Source: Eledone cirrhosa (lineage: Eukaryota). Taken from it: a DNA stretch of 64,000 nucleotides. Positions 30,029 through 44,996 of the stretch are shown here, one piece after another. Position numbers and translations under genes: made by a program. A model generated the notes under the pieces. It was not told the origin of the DNA. It made no database searches and worked only from the letters and a program-made list of their open reading frames with translations. The DNA is taken from positions 9,300,001-9,364,000 of the forward strand of contig OZ024755.1 in the NCBI GenBank assembly GCA_964016885.1, given 5' to 3'. Within the stretch, counting starts at the first letter, position 1. Each line of letters starts with the position of its first letter.

Positions 30029-30815
30029 ATGCTTCTAGACACATCGAATAAAATATCTACAAAGCAGCCTAAAACAGTACAACCCCAATTACTCATGAAA
30101 AACAGCCAACATGATGAAAACCAGAGCAAAACTTAAACAAACAACATCAAAGAACGAGACAGGAAAATATAAAAGTACCAGTGATATATTAGGTGTGCGT
30201 CTATCGATTATATACGAGGGCAAGAGATAAAAGGAACCAGAGTATTTTACAGTTTTTCAAACCCAAAACAGACAGAATTGTAATTCTCACTAAAAATAGT
30301 TCACGGGTATATTTAATTGAATATACACATGCACACATATATACATAAACACAAGCAAACAAACATTCACACATACACACACAGATACGCACACAGACAC
30401 ACACACACACATACCTACACACAAGCAAAAAAATATGCACCCACACATACATACATACATATATACACACAAGCAAGTATACACACATACACACAAATAC
30501 ACACAGACACACACAATCAAGTAGACACAAACACATACAAACACACACGCAAACACACTTACACAGACACACACAAATACACACATACACACATACACAC
30601 AGACACACACATATACACATACATATACACAAACAAACACACACAAACACACAGACAAACACTCACACAAACACTCACACTCACTTAATGCATTTTATAG
30701 TGTTCTTATAAATCATAAGCCGAAAATTTCTCATAAAATATCCAAAATTTTGTCATTAAACATCAAAAGTAAATGATCACCGTTACCACACAAGCAGCGT
30801 CGAATGTATATATAC

Positions 30816-30913
<98 letters not shown>

Positions 30914-31025
30914 ATATACATATATACACGCTCATACTGACGCACATGCACAGAAACATGCACTCACACAAACATATACTCACTCTCACATGCAAGCACA
31001 AACACTCGTATATATATATATATAT

Positions 31026-31142
31026 AGTAATAATAATAAATGTGAATACTAAAATCCAAAGTGGGCTCGATAAGGATAAATATATATCAAGATCCCGTTA
31101 AGGGTGAAAGCAGCTATTCTTTGCTTAAACTTTAATCTGTTA

Positions 31143-31150
<8 letters not shown>
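31026..31150 (+). mobile_element. (TA)n-anchored two-ended element, copy 4 (head plus tail)
   Basis: Head fused to aagatcccgttaagggtgaaagc tail through AA microhomology. Confidence 0.75.
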
Positions 31151-31192
<42 letters not shown>

Positions 31193-31664
31193 CGTGTGTG
31201 TGTGTGTATGCATTCCCGTATGTATGTATATATGTATGTGTGTATGTGTATATGAATGTATATATGTATGCATGTATGTATAAATTATGTACGTATGAAT
31301 GTTCGTACGTCTGTATATAAATATGTCTGAAAAAGTACAATCGCCAAAATCACGGGGTCACTGCTATCTTTTATACACAGTCCACGTGTATTGTGTGCTA
31401 CTTCAATTGCCAGGGATATCTTAGTGTAATGGTAAACACACTCTCCAGCCTGGTTCGATACGAGGTTCGATTCAACACATGCTCTTCTAACCACCCTTTT
31501 CCGTGTCCAGGGGCACTTTACTCAATTTTTAAAATATTTATCGGGACCGACTTTTGTTATAATCATTTTCATTGGAACAACTTCATTTCAACTTTTCCCA
31601 ATATTTCCGTTCCTTCCTCTTCTCATTTTCTGTATTTCTATTTCATCTTTTATTTCTCATTCTA

Positions 31665-31701
31665 TCTTCTGATGAAAAACTAGTGTCCGAAACGTATAGA
31701 C
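31665..31701 (+). ncRNA. Minimal hammerhead ribozyme motif (partly degenerate)
   Basis: tctt-CTGATGA-a-aaac-tagt-gtcc-GAAA-cg-TA-taga; with the 2855-2903 copy it gives the consensus gtctt CTGATGA a ggac tagt gtcc GAAA cg TA aagac. Confidence 0.55.
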
Positions 31702-31748
31702 TCCTTTACTACTAATACAAGCATAAAAATATATTTCTTCATTGCATT

Positions 31749-31967
<219 letters not shown>

Positions 31968-33159
31968 ATATATGTGTTTTGATCAGTGTCAGAACGAGAT
32001 ATGTATTACTGAATTTCTTTGCTTCCTTGGATTAACATATACACCCTAGATAAAGGAAATAAAAGAAACTTAGGGTTTTAAATTTTGAAAATAAAAACAT
32101 AAAAACATAATAACAAAGAAATAAAACCTCAAACTTCTCCCAACTTCAACTCTAATCTCCGTTTAGCTATTTCACAGGAATGTAAATAATAGAATCCTTT
32201 TCCTGTGTTTCTTTCATTAAACACATAAGGAGGACACAACATACAGCACCCAATCTTATATAATTTAAAGTGCTTGTTTTAATAACGTACTCAGTTCGAC
32301 AGCTGGTAAATTATTTAACTGCTTCAGTAATTTTGTCCAGTGGTTGTTGATGAATTTTTCTCATTTTTATTTTATTTTTATTTCTATTTGCATCATATTT
32401 TTTTTTATTTATTAATATTTTTTTTTGTTAGATTTTTAACGCATTCTTTATTCTACTTTAATGTTTAGTTAGAGAAATACTATTCTTTTTACAAAAAGAA
32501 AAAGGATAAATTGCACGGCAAATGTCCTTCTTGGCTCAAGTAACATCTGTAAAGACTCTTATGAAATTACCGAAACTTTAAGTCAGTATAAAATACATTT
32601 CGTCCACCCATCTTCCTACACATATATAGTCACATACATACATTCATAACGCCCGATTTAGTCTATGTCATGCCCATTTTTTTTTTTTTATTTGGGGTGT
32701 TGTTTTTGTGAGGGGCGGATTCTTTTCATTTACATCAAAGACGACTATTACGCGAAAGTCTATATAATTAACGAAATGTTTTACTTTGCAAACTGTTTTT
32801 TTACTTATACTATTCCGGACGATTGAGATGATGTCTTACAAATTCCACCATCAATGTCACTATTCTTCAAGCAATGTCTCCGTTTTCCAGCAGGAAAGCT
32901 AAGATCTATTTTTACCCTATGAAACCTAACTAATGTTAAAGGATAACTCGCAGGAGAAATAACAGACACTACAACTGCTAGGAATGGATACGATGTTAAA
33001 AATGTGACACACGTGATTCCAATTACATAGAATAGATTTTAGTGGTTTCTAAATTAGACGCAAGGCCAACAATTTTCTGGAAAGACGAAACTTGATTATA
33101 TCGACTCCAATGATTGACTGGTACTTTATTTTATCGATATATATATATATATATATATT

Positions 33160-33592
33160 AGAAAGTGAGGGTTTTTTTACAAAATGAAAAATGACCGAGG
33201 TGTCCTACACGAGTGAAAGTATAAGGAAAAAAGATGAAATCGAAAATACAACAGGAGTCTTTTTTTTTTAAATATATATTTATTTATAAATATATTTAAT
33301 AAATATATATTTTAAAAAAAAGACTCCTGTTGTATTTTCGATTTCATCTTTTTTCCTTATATTTTCACTCGTGTAGGGCACCTCGGTTATTTTTCATTTT
33401 GTAAATATGGACGTCCATATTAAATTTTCATTCTGATGAGCGATTTCAGACGTCTCTGTTGAGCTCGTCTGTCTTCGTGAAACTTTTGGCAAATGGAATA
33501 ATTGTCTTATGTTGTTTATTGCATAATTAAATAGCTCTGTAGCATAGATAGAGCACTCTCCTATCCTTTACCCTTCCTACGGAAATACTTCA
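33160..33592 (+). mobile_element. Penelope-like cassette between (TA)n tracts: about 230-bp inverted repeat plus degenerate hammerhead
   Basis: Inverted arms spanning 33177-33405; 16-bp palindrome atatggacgtccatat (33405-33420); tttcatt-CTGATGA-gcga...tcgt-GAAA...aatggaa at 33426-33498 with the cleavage triplet mutated. Related fragment at about 28459-28518. Confidence 0.6.
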
Positions 33593-34004
33593 TATATATA
33601 TATATATAGCTGTTGGTTTAAAGCTGATAAAACAGAACTTATGATCAAGAGCATTCTCCCGTGACCATACCGTCTTTCATGAGTTATTCATTTTTACAAA
33701 TTATACCTGAGATTTGAAAGATAAAGCCACTGGACCACATGGAGGGCTTCACTGTATAAACCAATAATTATCCTACCCAGTGTTTTCTTTATTGTGCATC
33801 ATCGAGCTGTTTCTTATGTAATAAATCTTTCAATTTAATGCAACATCATTCTTCATATGGTTCCACATTTAGAGCACGTTTGGTTCTGTAAGATCTAATT
33901 TCTAAAACAGATTTATTTTCTAAATATCATATTTTTCTAAATTTGATGATGAAATAAAGTTACTTTCTAAAAGTCTCTCCTCTTAACAGAGTCCTATATA
34001 GGCA

Positions 34005-34325
34005 GGTTGAACCTCCGTCGGTTCCGAAAATGAGTGTTCCAATCGTTTGACCAATAGAACAGTCTGCTCAAGAAATTAGCGCGCAAGTGGTTAAGCATTC
34101 AACAGAAACATTTGTCATTAGTATAGTTCTCAAGGAGAGTTAACCCTTGATACATTGTGACATATCTGGCTATTTGAATTACAGGTACAACTGATTTCTT
34201 TGCAGCTTAGTTATCTGAAGCAACGTGAAATAAAGTACCGTGATCAAGACACAACACTCCGGTGGGAATCGAAATTACGATCTTCCGATCCTGTTGAGCA
34301 CCCTAACCACTAAGCCATGTACCTC
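34005..34325 (-). mobile_element. CORE-type SINE (family B)
   Basis: Shares aacctccgtcgg...tttgaattacaggtacaact...gtgaaataaagt...ccctaaccactaagcca with 61800-62108. Confidence 0.7.
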
Positions 34326-35164
34326 TGCAGAGTCCTATGTACTGCTGTACTCTCAAACATTTTTGTTGCCAACACTTCAAAACCCTGAATACCGGATTTC
34401 TACATAGGAAGACATTATGACACCTTCTCACTTCTTATTGTAAACTTCTAAACACATGTGTATGTGTTCGTCTTGTCGCATGAATGGGATTCTTCAATAA
34501 ATCAAACCAAACTAACACAAACAAAAGCCAACAATAAGGCTACTATAATTAAATCATTCAGGATAGTGCTTACGGTAAGAATTTACGTAATTAGAAACTG
34601 AGGTTTCAACACTGAAGCATCTGAACAAAAAATTTAAATTAAATAAAGAAAAATAAGAAAGTGTGGGTGGAATTCCTAGAGAATCAAACTAGAATATGTG
34701 TTCTTAGAAAGAAAATGAATCTTGCTAAAAAATTTCTATTCTCGGACAGATAATTGCAGATAATGAATTCTCTCATTTGCCAATTATTCGTGGTTAATTC
34801 TGATAAAAGAAAAAAAAGGTAAAGGAGAGAACGACAAAGAGTAGAAAAACCAAGACTGACACAGCTTTCTGTAACTAAAGAACTTCAACTAAATTATAAT
34901 CATATAACCGTGTATATTCGATAAGAGGAGAACCGACGTGCTGATTGCGTCAGATTATGAATGCAAACCTGTCACAATCCTTCTCGACTTACAGGAGATC
35001 AGCAAGTCGAGATTAACTCCAGTGGTTTACACTGAGGGAACGAAACGGGATTCTTAACCCACCGGGTTGGACGCCAGTCTAACGAAGATAAAATTCCTAA
35101 TAACTCTACTTCTCTTTCACGCCGTGAAGAGAAATAGGATCTGTAAAAATTTGTAATGATATAT

Positions 35165-35294
<130 letters not shown>

Positions 35295-35627
35295 CGCTTG
35301 TGTATGATTGAGCGCCGACGAGCGTGTTTATATATATATGTGTGTGGGTGTGTGTGTGTGTGTTGTGGGGAAAATCTTTTCTTTCAAACATTTTATATTT
35401 TATATTGAAAAAATGATTTTCCTTATTTGTTCTTCATGCTTGATGCCTTCAATGCTCCATCATATATGCGTACATATATATATACCAAAGATTAATATGA
35501 TTCATTGATTACTCAATGAATATAGTTTTACAATAGATTAAAAGCACTCTACAAAGAAGTTTTCTGGAGTTAGTAATATTATTCAAAATATTAATAAATG
35601 AATACGTTCACATAATCAAAATATATG

Positions 35628-35689
35628 TTTTATTATATATATTTCGGAGGTACTGTGCTCTTTTTTCAGTACGTCCTCATCAGATAAAA
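35628..35689 (-). ncRNA. Type I hammerhead ribozyme (left arm of 342-bp palindrome)
   Basis: Minus strand ttttat-CTGATGA-gga-c-gtactg-loop-cagtac-c-tcc-GAAA-tatata-TA-ataaaa. Confidence 0.85.
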
Positions 35690-35803
35690 TATATGAATTG
35701 ATGTATGACATACCTCAACTGTCTTTATGGTTCAATTCAATACTACCAATAATGGAATTGAACCATCAAGACAGTTGGGGTATGTCATACATCAATTCAT
35801 ATA

Positions 35804-35865
35804 TTTTATCTGATGAGGACGTACTGAAAAAATAGCACAGTACCTCCGAAATATATATAATAAAA
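35804..35865 (+). ncRNA. Type I hammerhead ribozyme (right arm of 342-bp palindrome)
   Basis: Stem I ttttat/ataaaa; core CTGATGA 35810-35816; stem II gga/tcc plus gtactg/cagtac; GAAA 35848-35851; palindromic loop III TATATA; UA cleavage site after 35859. Confidence 0.88.
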
Positions 35866-35909
35866 CATATATTTTGATTATGTGAACATATTCATTTATT
35901 AATATTTTG

Positions 35910-35965
<56 letters not shown>

Positions 35966-35970
<5 letters not shown>

Positions 35971-36054
35971 CTCTACGGTTCTTATATATTTGATATATAT
36001 TTATCCTTATCGAGCCCTCTTTGTATTTTAGTCTTCAAATTTATTATTATTACT
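35966..36054 (-). mobile_element. (TA)n-anchored element, head only (copy 5)
   Basis: Reverse complement of agtaataataataaatttgaagactaaaat...aagaaccgtagagcaaat. Confidence 0.75.
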
Positions 36055-36239
36055 ATATATATATATATATACATATATATTATAAATAAAAAGTACTAAG
36101 ATTTGAATATGAAAGAAGACAGAAATATAACTCTTAAAAGAACCCTTTATTTAATCTAATACGAATCCTATCCCTAACCTAAGCCGTACTCCTCAGGCTA
36201 ACCTTTAACCCAACATCCCTTTTAAAAGAAAGACTAATT

Positions 36240-36560
36240 TATCCTACCACCAAGATTGCAATATATAGATACTACAAATTTATAAAGTTGAACATCCAAA
36301 ACATCAACTTTAAGTTTACATAGAATTTATGAAACTATAAACAGAACGAAGAATCAGGTGATATTTTTGTTTCTGTGAAACTGTCTGGGAGAGAGAGAGA
36401 GAAAAAACACATCAGGTGACAGTGGCGTTACCTTCCGATTCCAACCAATTGATATATATGAAATATATTAAGAACAACAACTTTAAACTAGTGTATGTTT
36501 GAGACTGAGGTCAGCCACTCTAGAGTAATAAATTTATCATCACGTTTATCTTCAACACAG
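36240..36560 (+). repeat. Local repeat block A (copy 1 of 4)
   Basis: ataaacagaac...caggtgat...aaacacatcaggtgacagtggcgttaccttcc...caattgat; homologs at 38735-38960 (+), 42075-42360 (+) and 49575-49870 (-). Confidence 0.7.
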
Positions 36561-36789
36561 ATAAAACAGTTTTTTTTTTCTACTGAGATCACCACAGTTG
36601 TTTTTTTCACAACGTTGCGGCGCTGTGCTGCTGTTGTTGCTGCTGATGTCTCAGATATTGCAGCTGCTGTTACTGCTGCTGTTGCTGCTACAGCTGTTAC
36701 TGTCTCAGATACTGCTGCTTCTGTTTCAATTAGTGCTGTTGTTGTCTCGGATAATGCTGCTACTACTGCTGCTGTCTGTTAGGGCTCTC

Positions 36790-37160
36790 TATATTCTGGG
36801 ATCAAATCCCACTGAGGTCAACGTTGCCTTTTATCCGCCCATGGTTGATAAAATAAAGTACCAGTAAAATACTGAGGTCGGTATAATCAATGTTCACTTT
36901 CGCCCCAAAATTGTTGCCCTTGTGCTTAAATTAGAAAGTATTATAAAAAGAAAATAACAGTGGAAGTGGTAGATTAACGAAATTGCTAAAGCATTGGATA
37001 AAATGGACTGCAGCAGTTGTTCCAGTTCTTTACATCATACCACCGAGATCAACATTTCCTTTCATCCTTCTGAGGTCGATAAAATAAAATACTGTAGTCG
37101 ATATAATCGACTTTCCCTTCTTCAAAGAAGCGGTGGACTTGAGTCTAAAGTAGAAACCCT
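36790..37160 (+). mobile_element. Two diverged SINE-A relatives
   Basis: Two gaggtcaac...cctttYatcc...gataaaataaa modules. Confidence 0.65.
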
Positions 37161-38978
37161 TTAAAAAAAACTAGCAGAAACACCGGCCACCAAACAGTTT
37201 TTTGTTGCCATGTTATATAACGTATTCTTCTATGTATTACAAGCATTCATGTATAACATGCATTCATGTATAACACACATGCGTATTATTTGGTCCTTCG
37301 AACTGACTCTGAATCTAAATATGTATTCCAAGTATTTAATTAGAAACGAAATTATACGACTTAAAATATAAACATTTGTAACAGCATTATTATGAGTTTC
37401 AAAACTATTTATCTTGTAGATAAATTAGATACTTTAGGCTTGTATATATTGAGTTGGAAAACAAACATGTGTTTTGGTATGGATAAACAAAACGGAAATT
37501 AAACAAAAATTCAGAGGTGAATAGATTTCAAGATGGACGTAGTCCACGGTGAATTATATTTAGTCTAGTTTTAAATTATAATACTTGAAAGATGATTCTA
37601 AATTTGACAAATAAAGTTAGATTTTTATTAAAATATATTCACATAGGAACAATAGAATTTATTTGTTTCATACTTAACAAAAACATCTGTGGAGTAAAAG
37701 TTACATAGATATATTCGTTATATTATTGATTTATATAAAGAAATTATATTTTTAATAATGTACACATAGTAAGATCAACGGAGATACTTTTTTGGAAATG
37801 AATGAACAGGCATAGCTTTCCGTTTTTCCTCTGGGGATTTCAGCCAAATTAAGAAATTCGTAACAGCACTACTTGTGCTTCTGTAAGAAATCAACGGAGA
37901 TTTTTATACGATACGGGAGTATTTCCATCACGTCACTATGATTGATGAGATGTATTCAGTAAATTGTCTTTTCAGCATTGTTTGTATGTATAGGCAGGCA
38001 TATATAAGTTTATATGAGTGTCTGTGTTAAATTTATAGACATTAAATATGTTTGCTATCTAAGTGTACATTCTTTTGTTTCTGTCTGTTTGAGAATGATC
38101 ATGTTAAGACCAATTGTTTTATACAGTGGATTTATTGTCTATTAACTTGGCCTTAAATGCAGTGAACTGGCAGAGTTTTCGAAATGAACCTCCGTCGGTT
38201 TTGATGATGACTGATGTAGTTTTTTATCATCAGAATATCATACTCATAAGTCAAACATTCTACAGAGATGTGAACCCTTAACATAATTATCAGGAACAAA
38301 AAACCTGACACTTTGAATTACGTGTGTGTGTGTGTTTGTGTCTGTGTTTGCGTTTGTGTGTCTGTGTTTATATCCCGTAACTTAGTATTTCGATAAAAAA
38401 AAAAGCTGATGGGGAAAAATAAGTATCAGACTTTAAAAAATGTAAATACTGGAGGTCGATATGATCGCCTAAATCAAGGTGTTGCCCCAGCATGGCCGTA
38501 GTCTAATGACTGAAGCCACCAGTAATAAAAAGAAATATAAAAGAATAAAAAGGATACCACCGAGAATGTAATATAAGAACAACACAAACACTCTTACTAA
38601 AATATTGTAGAAAATGTCCTCAAATTTTGAGTCCTTGATGAATATATATATTTTTTTTTTTTTACTAACGAAAAATATAAAAATATTTTATTTAAAATTT
38701 AAAAAAGAGAGAAATATATGAAATAACAACAACAGGTTTATTTGAAATGTATAAATCTCTAGAACATTGAATCGGGTGATGTTGTTGTCTGTGAATAAAC
38801 TCTCTATCTTTAAGGCAAACACATCAGGTGTCAGTGGCGTCAGATTTCATTTCCAACGAATTTACAGCTTAAAGGTATTTTAAACTAACAAATGTTGATA
38901 TAGTATGGCTATTGAACTCCCAGGTCAGAAACTTCTCATTTACTCCCTTATCATCACGTATGTATACACACGCACTCA

Positions 38979-39089
<111 letters not shown>

Positions 39090-39242
39090 TAGTATTGGTG
39101 CTCTGAAATAGCGATGTATATATGAATGTATGTATTTGATAATATACTGTATGTTTAATTAAAAACATTTTGAAGACCATTCGATATGAATTTTATTGAT
39201 GACTGTACAAAAGAATTTAAAATATATTACACATATAAGGAA

Positions 39243-39658
39243 ATAATTGTTTCTACTATTGGCACAAGGCCAGCAATTACCCAGTACATTACTGCTACTT
39301 TATTTTATCGACCCCGTAAGGATGAAAGGCAAAGTTAACCTCGACGAGGAAATAATATTATTCAATAATGTTTACATAATGTTTACATAATATTGGTAAT
39401 CTTTACATAATATTGATAAAGTTCAGATAATATCAATAGTATTCACATGATATTTATAATGATCACATAATTTTAATAATTGTTTCTTCTTTTGGCACAA
39501 GGCCAGCAATTACCCAGTGCATTACTAGTACTTTATTTTATCGACCCCGTAAGGATGAAAGGCAAAGTTAACCTCGGCCGGATTTGTACTCAGAATGGCA
39601 AGGGCCGTAACTCTATGCGTCAAAGCATGGCGTCCGACCCTCTACTGATTCTGCCAAT
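39243..39658 (-). mobile_element. Two SINE-A copies (39243-39345 truncated; 39475-39658 nearly full)
   Basis: Reverse complement of SINE-A consensus. Confidence 0.85.
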
Positions 39659-40058
39659 AAGCTAATATGGATATAAATAATAGTTATATAATGTTAATAT
39701 TGTTTGCGTAATGTTAGTAAGGTTCATTTAATATTGGTAGTGTTCTCATTGTATTGAGATCTACAGAGATACTCTTAAGAAATACATGAACACACACATC
39801 TTCCTCTAAGGTTTTATATCAACTGAAGAAATTCATAATATCATTACTATGTAAGAAATTCCTATCAGCCTATGTAAGAAATCTACGGAGAGTTTTTATA
39901 TGATACGAGGGGGGTAGTTGTATTGTGTCACAATGATTGATGATGGGTATTCTGTAAATTATCGTTTAAACATTGTTTGTACAGGCAGGCTTATATAAGC
40001 ACACACACACATATAAGTATATATATATGATTATATATATTAGCATGTAAGCATATAA

Positions 40059-40115
<57 letters not shown>

Positions 40116-40212
40116 TACATATATATATGCATGTAAGTATACATATATATATATATGATTATATATATTACCATGTAAGCATATAAGTATATATATATAT
40201 ATATATGTAAGT

Positions 40213-40300
<88 letters not shown>

Positions 40301-40509
40301 TGTGTGTGCGATTATTAAATTTATAAAGAGTTTGTTTGCTTTGTTTATTTTTTCTTTTGAAATAAAAAAGGTTTCCTTCTCTAAATATACATTCCTTTGT
40401 TCCTGTGAGGCGAGCATGATTGTGTTAAGACCAGTTGTTATATAATGCCGAATTGTTGCCGATTCATTTGGTCTCACTATATAATTGTTATTTGTTGCAG
40501 TTATTGTAG

Positions 40510-40972
40510 TTGGCCCTTCGTCGGTTTCGACAACGAGTGTTCCAGTTGTTTGATCAACAGAACAATAAGCTCTTGAAATTAACGTGCAATTGTTTGAGAA
40601 TTCCGCAAACACGTGTACCCATAACGTAATTTACAAGTAGATTCAGCGTAATAGTGTCAGATCTGTCAACTCTCCCTTTCCGATAGGGAGATTCCCACCC
40701 ACTTTGGGGTGAGTGAGATATGTCTTCTTTTGTGAAAATGGGTATAGCTTTCTTTATGTAAAATCTCCCCATGTTGCCTCATTTCTATCCGTTTTGGGGC
40801 ACTTTTTTCATGTATATGACACGACTGGCCCTTTGAATTATAGGTACAGCTCGTATTTTTTCAGCTAAATAAACTGGACGAACGTGAAATAAAATAAAGG
40901 TCCAGGAATTGAACACATGACATTTCCTTTGTAAATCTACCACACTAACCACAAGGCCACACACCTTCACAT
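40510..40972 (-). mobile_element. CORE-type SINE-B interrupted by an about 155-bp unrelated insert (about 40657-40812)
   Basis: Flanks align to 61800-62108; the central segment is absent from the other copies. Confidence 0.6.
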
Positions 40973-41365
40973 ACTGTAGTGTTGTTTTATTCTTTTTACT
41001 GGTATTAGGTATTGACTGCGGCCATTCTTTCAACACATTCCATTTCCCGGATATCCAGATGGCATAACCAATTAACTTTGCTGGGAATTATTTAATAATT
41101 TGTGTGAAAAATATGCAACTTGAACTTGAATTAAAATATGAGACAAAATCAGATACTGTTAAATATTTCGTCCGGCACCCTATACGTTGATGAAAATTCT
41201 TCGATGTGAATTTCAAAAGTAAGCAAGCAATAATACGACCTTTAAAAGAGAGAGTAGAGATGGAGGAGAGAGGGGGTAGAGATGGATAGGGAGGGAGACA
41301 AACAGACAGACAGAGAGAGAGAGAGACTGGTGGAAATAGCCGAGACTGCCGAGCTCCTCCGCAAG

Positions 41366-41428
41366 ATTTCACAGCTCCAGCATCAATCCTTCATAGTGAG
41401 ACTATGAACTTTTCTGCCGACCCTCATA
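41366..41428 (-). mobile_element. Mariner-derived MITE end
   Basis: Reverse complement tatgagggtcggcagaaaagttcatag...atgaagga...gagctgtgaaat matches 63704-63766. Confidence 0.7.
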
Positions 41429-41772
41429 CTTTTTAAACAAACAGTGTTGTATCGTATAACGAAGGGCAGTTTCGGGTGGTTTTGTATCGAAATATTTCAA
41501 GGATGTAGGCAGATCATCTTACTCTACCAAACTATATAAAACAAGAAATATTTCATCTTATTCCAACAACCGATATGAAAGACATACAATATCTCATTTC
41601 AACAACTTGAGAGAGAGAGTATGTGTGTGAGTGTGAGTGAGAGAGATAGTGTATGTGTGTGTGAGAGAGAGAGTATGTGTGTGAATGTGAGTGAGAGAGA
41701 TAGTGTGTGTATGTGTGTGTGAGAGAGAGAGTATGTGTATGTGTGTGTGTGAGAGAGAAAGTATTGTATGTA

Positions 41773-41807
<35 letters not shown>

Positions 41808-42589
41808 GTGTATGCGTGAGTGAGAGAGAGAGTATGTGTATGTGTGTGTGTGAGAGAGAGAGTATGTGTATGTGTGTGAGAGAGAGATAGTGTGTGTATG
41901 TGTGTGTGAGAGAGATAGAGAGAGAGAGTATGTGTATGTATGTGAGAGAGAAAGAGGACGAAAGAGAGAGAGAGAAAAAGACAGCGTTTATCTGTGAGAG
42001 AAAAAGAAAGAGAGAAAGAAAGAAAGAAAGAAAGAAAGAAAGCAGTGAAGAGAAGAGAAGGAAATAAAGGATACTTTATCCTAACCGCAACATGCGATAT
42101 AGAAACACAAACAACTGTGTAAAGTTAACATCCGAAACATCGACAGTAAGTTTATTTGAAATTTATAAAAACTATAAACAGAACGCGGGATGGTGTGATG
42201 TTGTTTTTGTCTCTATACAAACTGACTAGAAAAACACATTACCTTCCGATTCCAACCAATTGATAGATTAAAGGTATTAAGAATAACAAGTTTATAACCA
42301 TCTCTATTTAGCATTGCAAGTCTAAATCTTTATATTAGTCATGTAGTTTATCATCAAGGTTTTTTTTTTCTTCTTCAACTCAGATAAGACACATTGTTGA
42401 TATGTCTTCTGATGCTACTGGTGTTGTTTTTGTTGCTGATGATGATGAGGATGAAGATGATGATGAGGATGATGATGATGATAATGATGATGATGAAATG
42501 TAGGAGAGTTGTTTCTTTTCTTCGTATTCTCCATGCCGACATAAGGAACAAAAATGACCACGGTATGTCAAACATACTTCGTCGCTGTT

Positions 42590-42800
42590 GGTGGCTAAGT
42601 GGTTAGGGTGTTCGGCACATGTTTGCAAAGTGGTAAGTTCGATTATTGGGGAGGACAGTGAGTTGTGTCCTTGACCAAGACACATTACTTCACACTTGTC
42701 CAGTTCACTCACCTGGGAGAAAAATTAGTTTTGCCTTTCCTTTGGACAACATCTGTGTGGCGGAGAGGAGAGACTGTTATGAACCAAAAGGGTTTTCTAT
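42590..42800 (+). mobile_element. CORE-type SINE-B
   Basis: gtggctaagtggttagggtg A-box, agttcgatt B-box, gtgtccttgaccaagacac CORE-like box. Confidence 0.7.
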
Positions 42801-44001
42801 AACTAGAGTGGTTTGGGGCTCGGTTGGTATCAAAAGGGTTAAATCCCCTATCTTATCATACGACATGCTTAAAATAGTAGCCAAATCTTCTTCAAACAAC
42901 ACGCTACTATATTCGAAAGGAACCATTATATAATATTGCTATATTTAACATTATTATTTTTACAGTGGGCTTCATTCGGAACGAAAACGCATTTTAAGTA
43001 TTTCATTCTGAATTTGCCAACCGTTTCAATATCATGTTAAAGAAGGAACCTCTATCTGGTCGGTTGACATGCTGAAAATAGCAGCCAAATTCCCTTCAAA
43101 TCACACGCTACTATGTTGAGAAACGAAAGGATATATTGTATAATGTAGTCATATACACCAGTACTTTGATCATAGTTCTGCTACATCAGGCTTGACTTAC
43201 GACTAAACGACAGCAACAACAACGCTTTCCATTCAATTATAAATGCTAAAGATCGGATTCCATAATCAATTTTAGTTATTCTGTAATTTTGTAATTCTGT
43301 AATTCTGTAATTCTCCATTGGAAATTGTTATTTCACAGGGACATATTGTATATGTTCCGCCTCATATAATTTTTCATTTATTTTCTGAATTATTAATACA
43401 TATATCCATACACACATACACATATATAATTATACAATTATATATAGATATATATACAATTATGTATATATATATACGTGTATATATACATAGTTATATG
43501 TTTATATATACATATATACGTTTACATATATATATATCTACACATATACCACCCAGTTGAGAGTTTGATATTTGCTGACATGTTTTAGATGTAATGTCGT
43601 TGTGATTTTGTAAGTTTAACTCGATTACATATTTTGAGATAAACTTTAAGGCTATATCAGTTTCGTAGTTCTAATTAGAATTTCTGAAGATCGTGACGCT
43701 CGATATAGCTTTATATCATCCATATCAAGCAAATGGTTTGATTTCCTTTATTCTAACCTACAGCAGCTTAACATTACATATACCTTCTAACTGGAGACAG
43801 TCCTGTTTCTGAATTCCCATGACAGCAATTGAGCGATTTTTCTCATAATCATTAGTTGACCCACACCATCGTTATCCGAATTTCCCGCGTGTATAGGTTT
43901 GTTCATGCGTTCGATCTAACGTATAGATGCGGGAAACTCATAGGGATTTTTCAATGTTCTGTACACACAAGCATATATCTTTCTATGTTTACATATATAT
44001 A

Positions 44002-44945
<944 letters not shown>

Positions 44946-44954
44946 TATATATTA

Positions 44955-44996
<42 letters not shown>

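Noticed and set aside
29552-30136. 194-aa Thr/Asn-rich ORF
   Set aside because: It lies in a minisatellite whose unit lengths are not consistently multiples of three; open frames occur on both strands.
35011-35070. Twister-ribozyme-like taactcc...gaggg
   Set aside because: The P4 and pseudoknot elements are missing.
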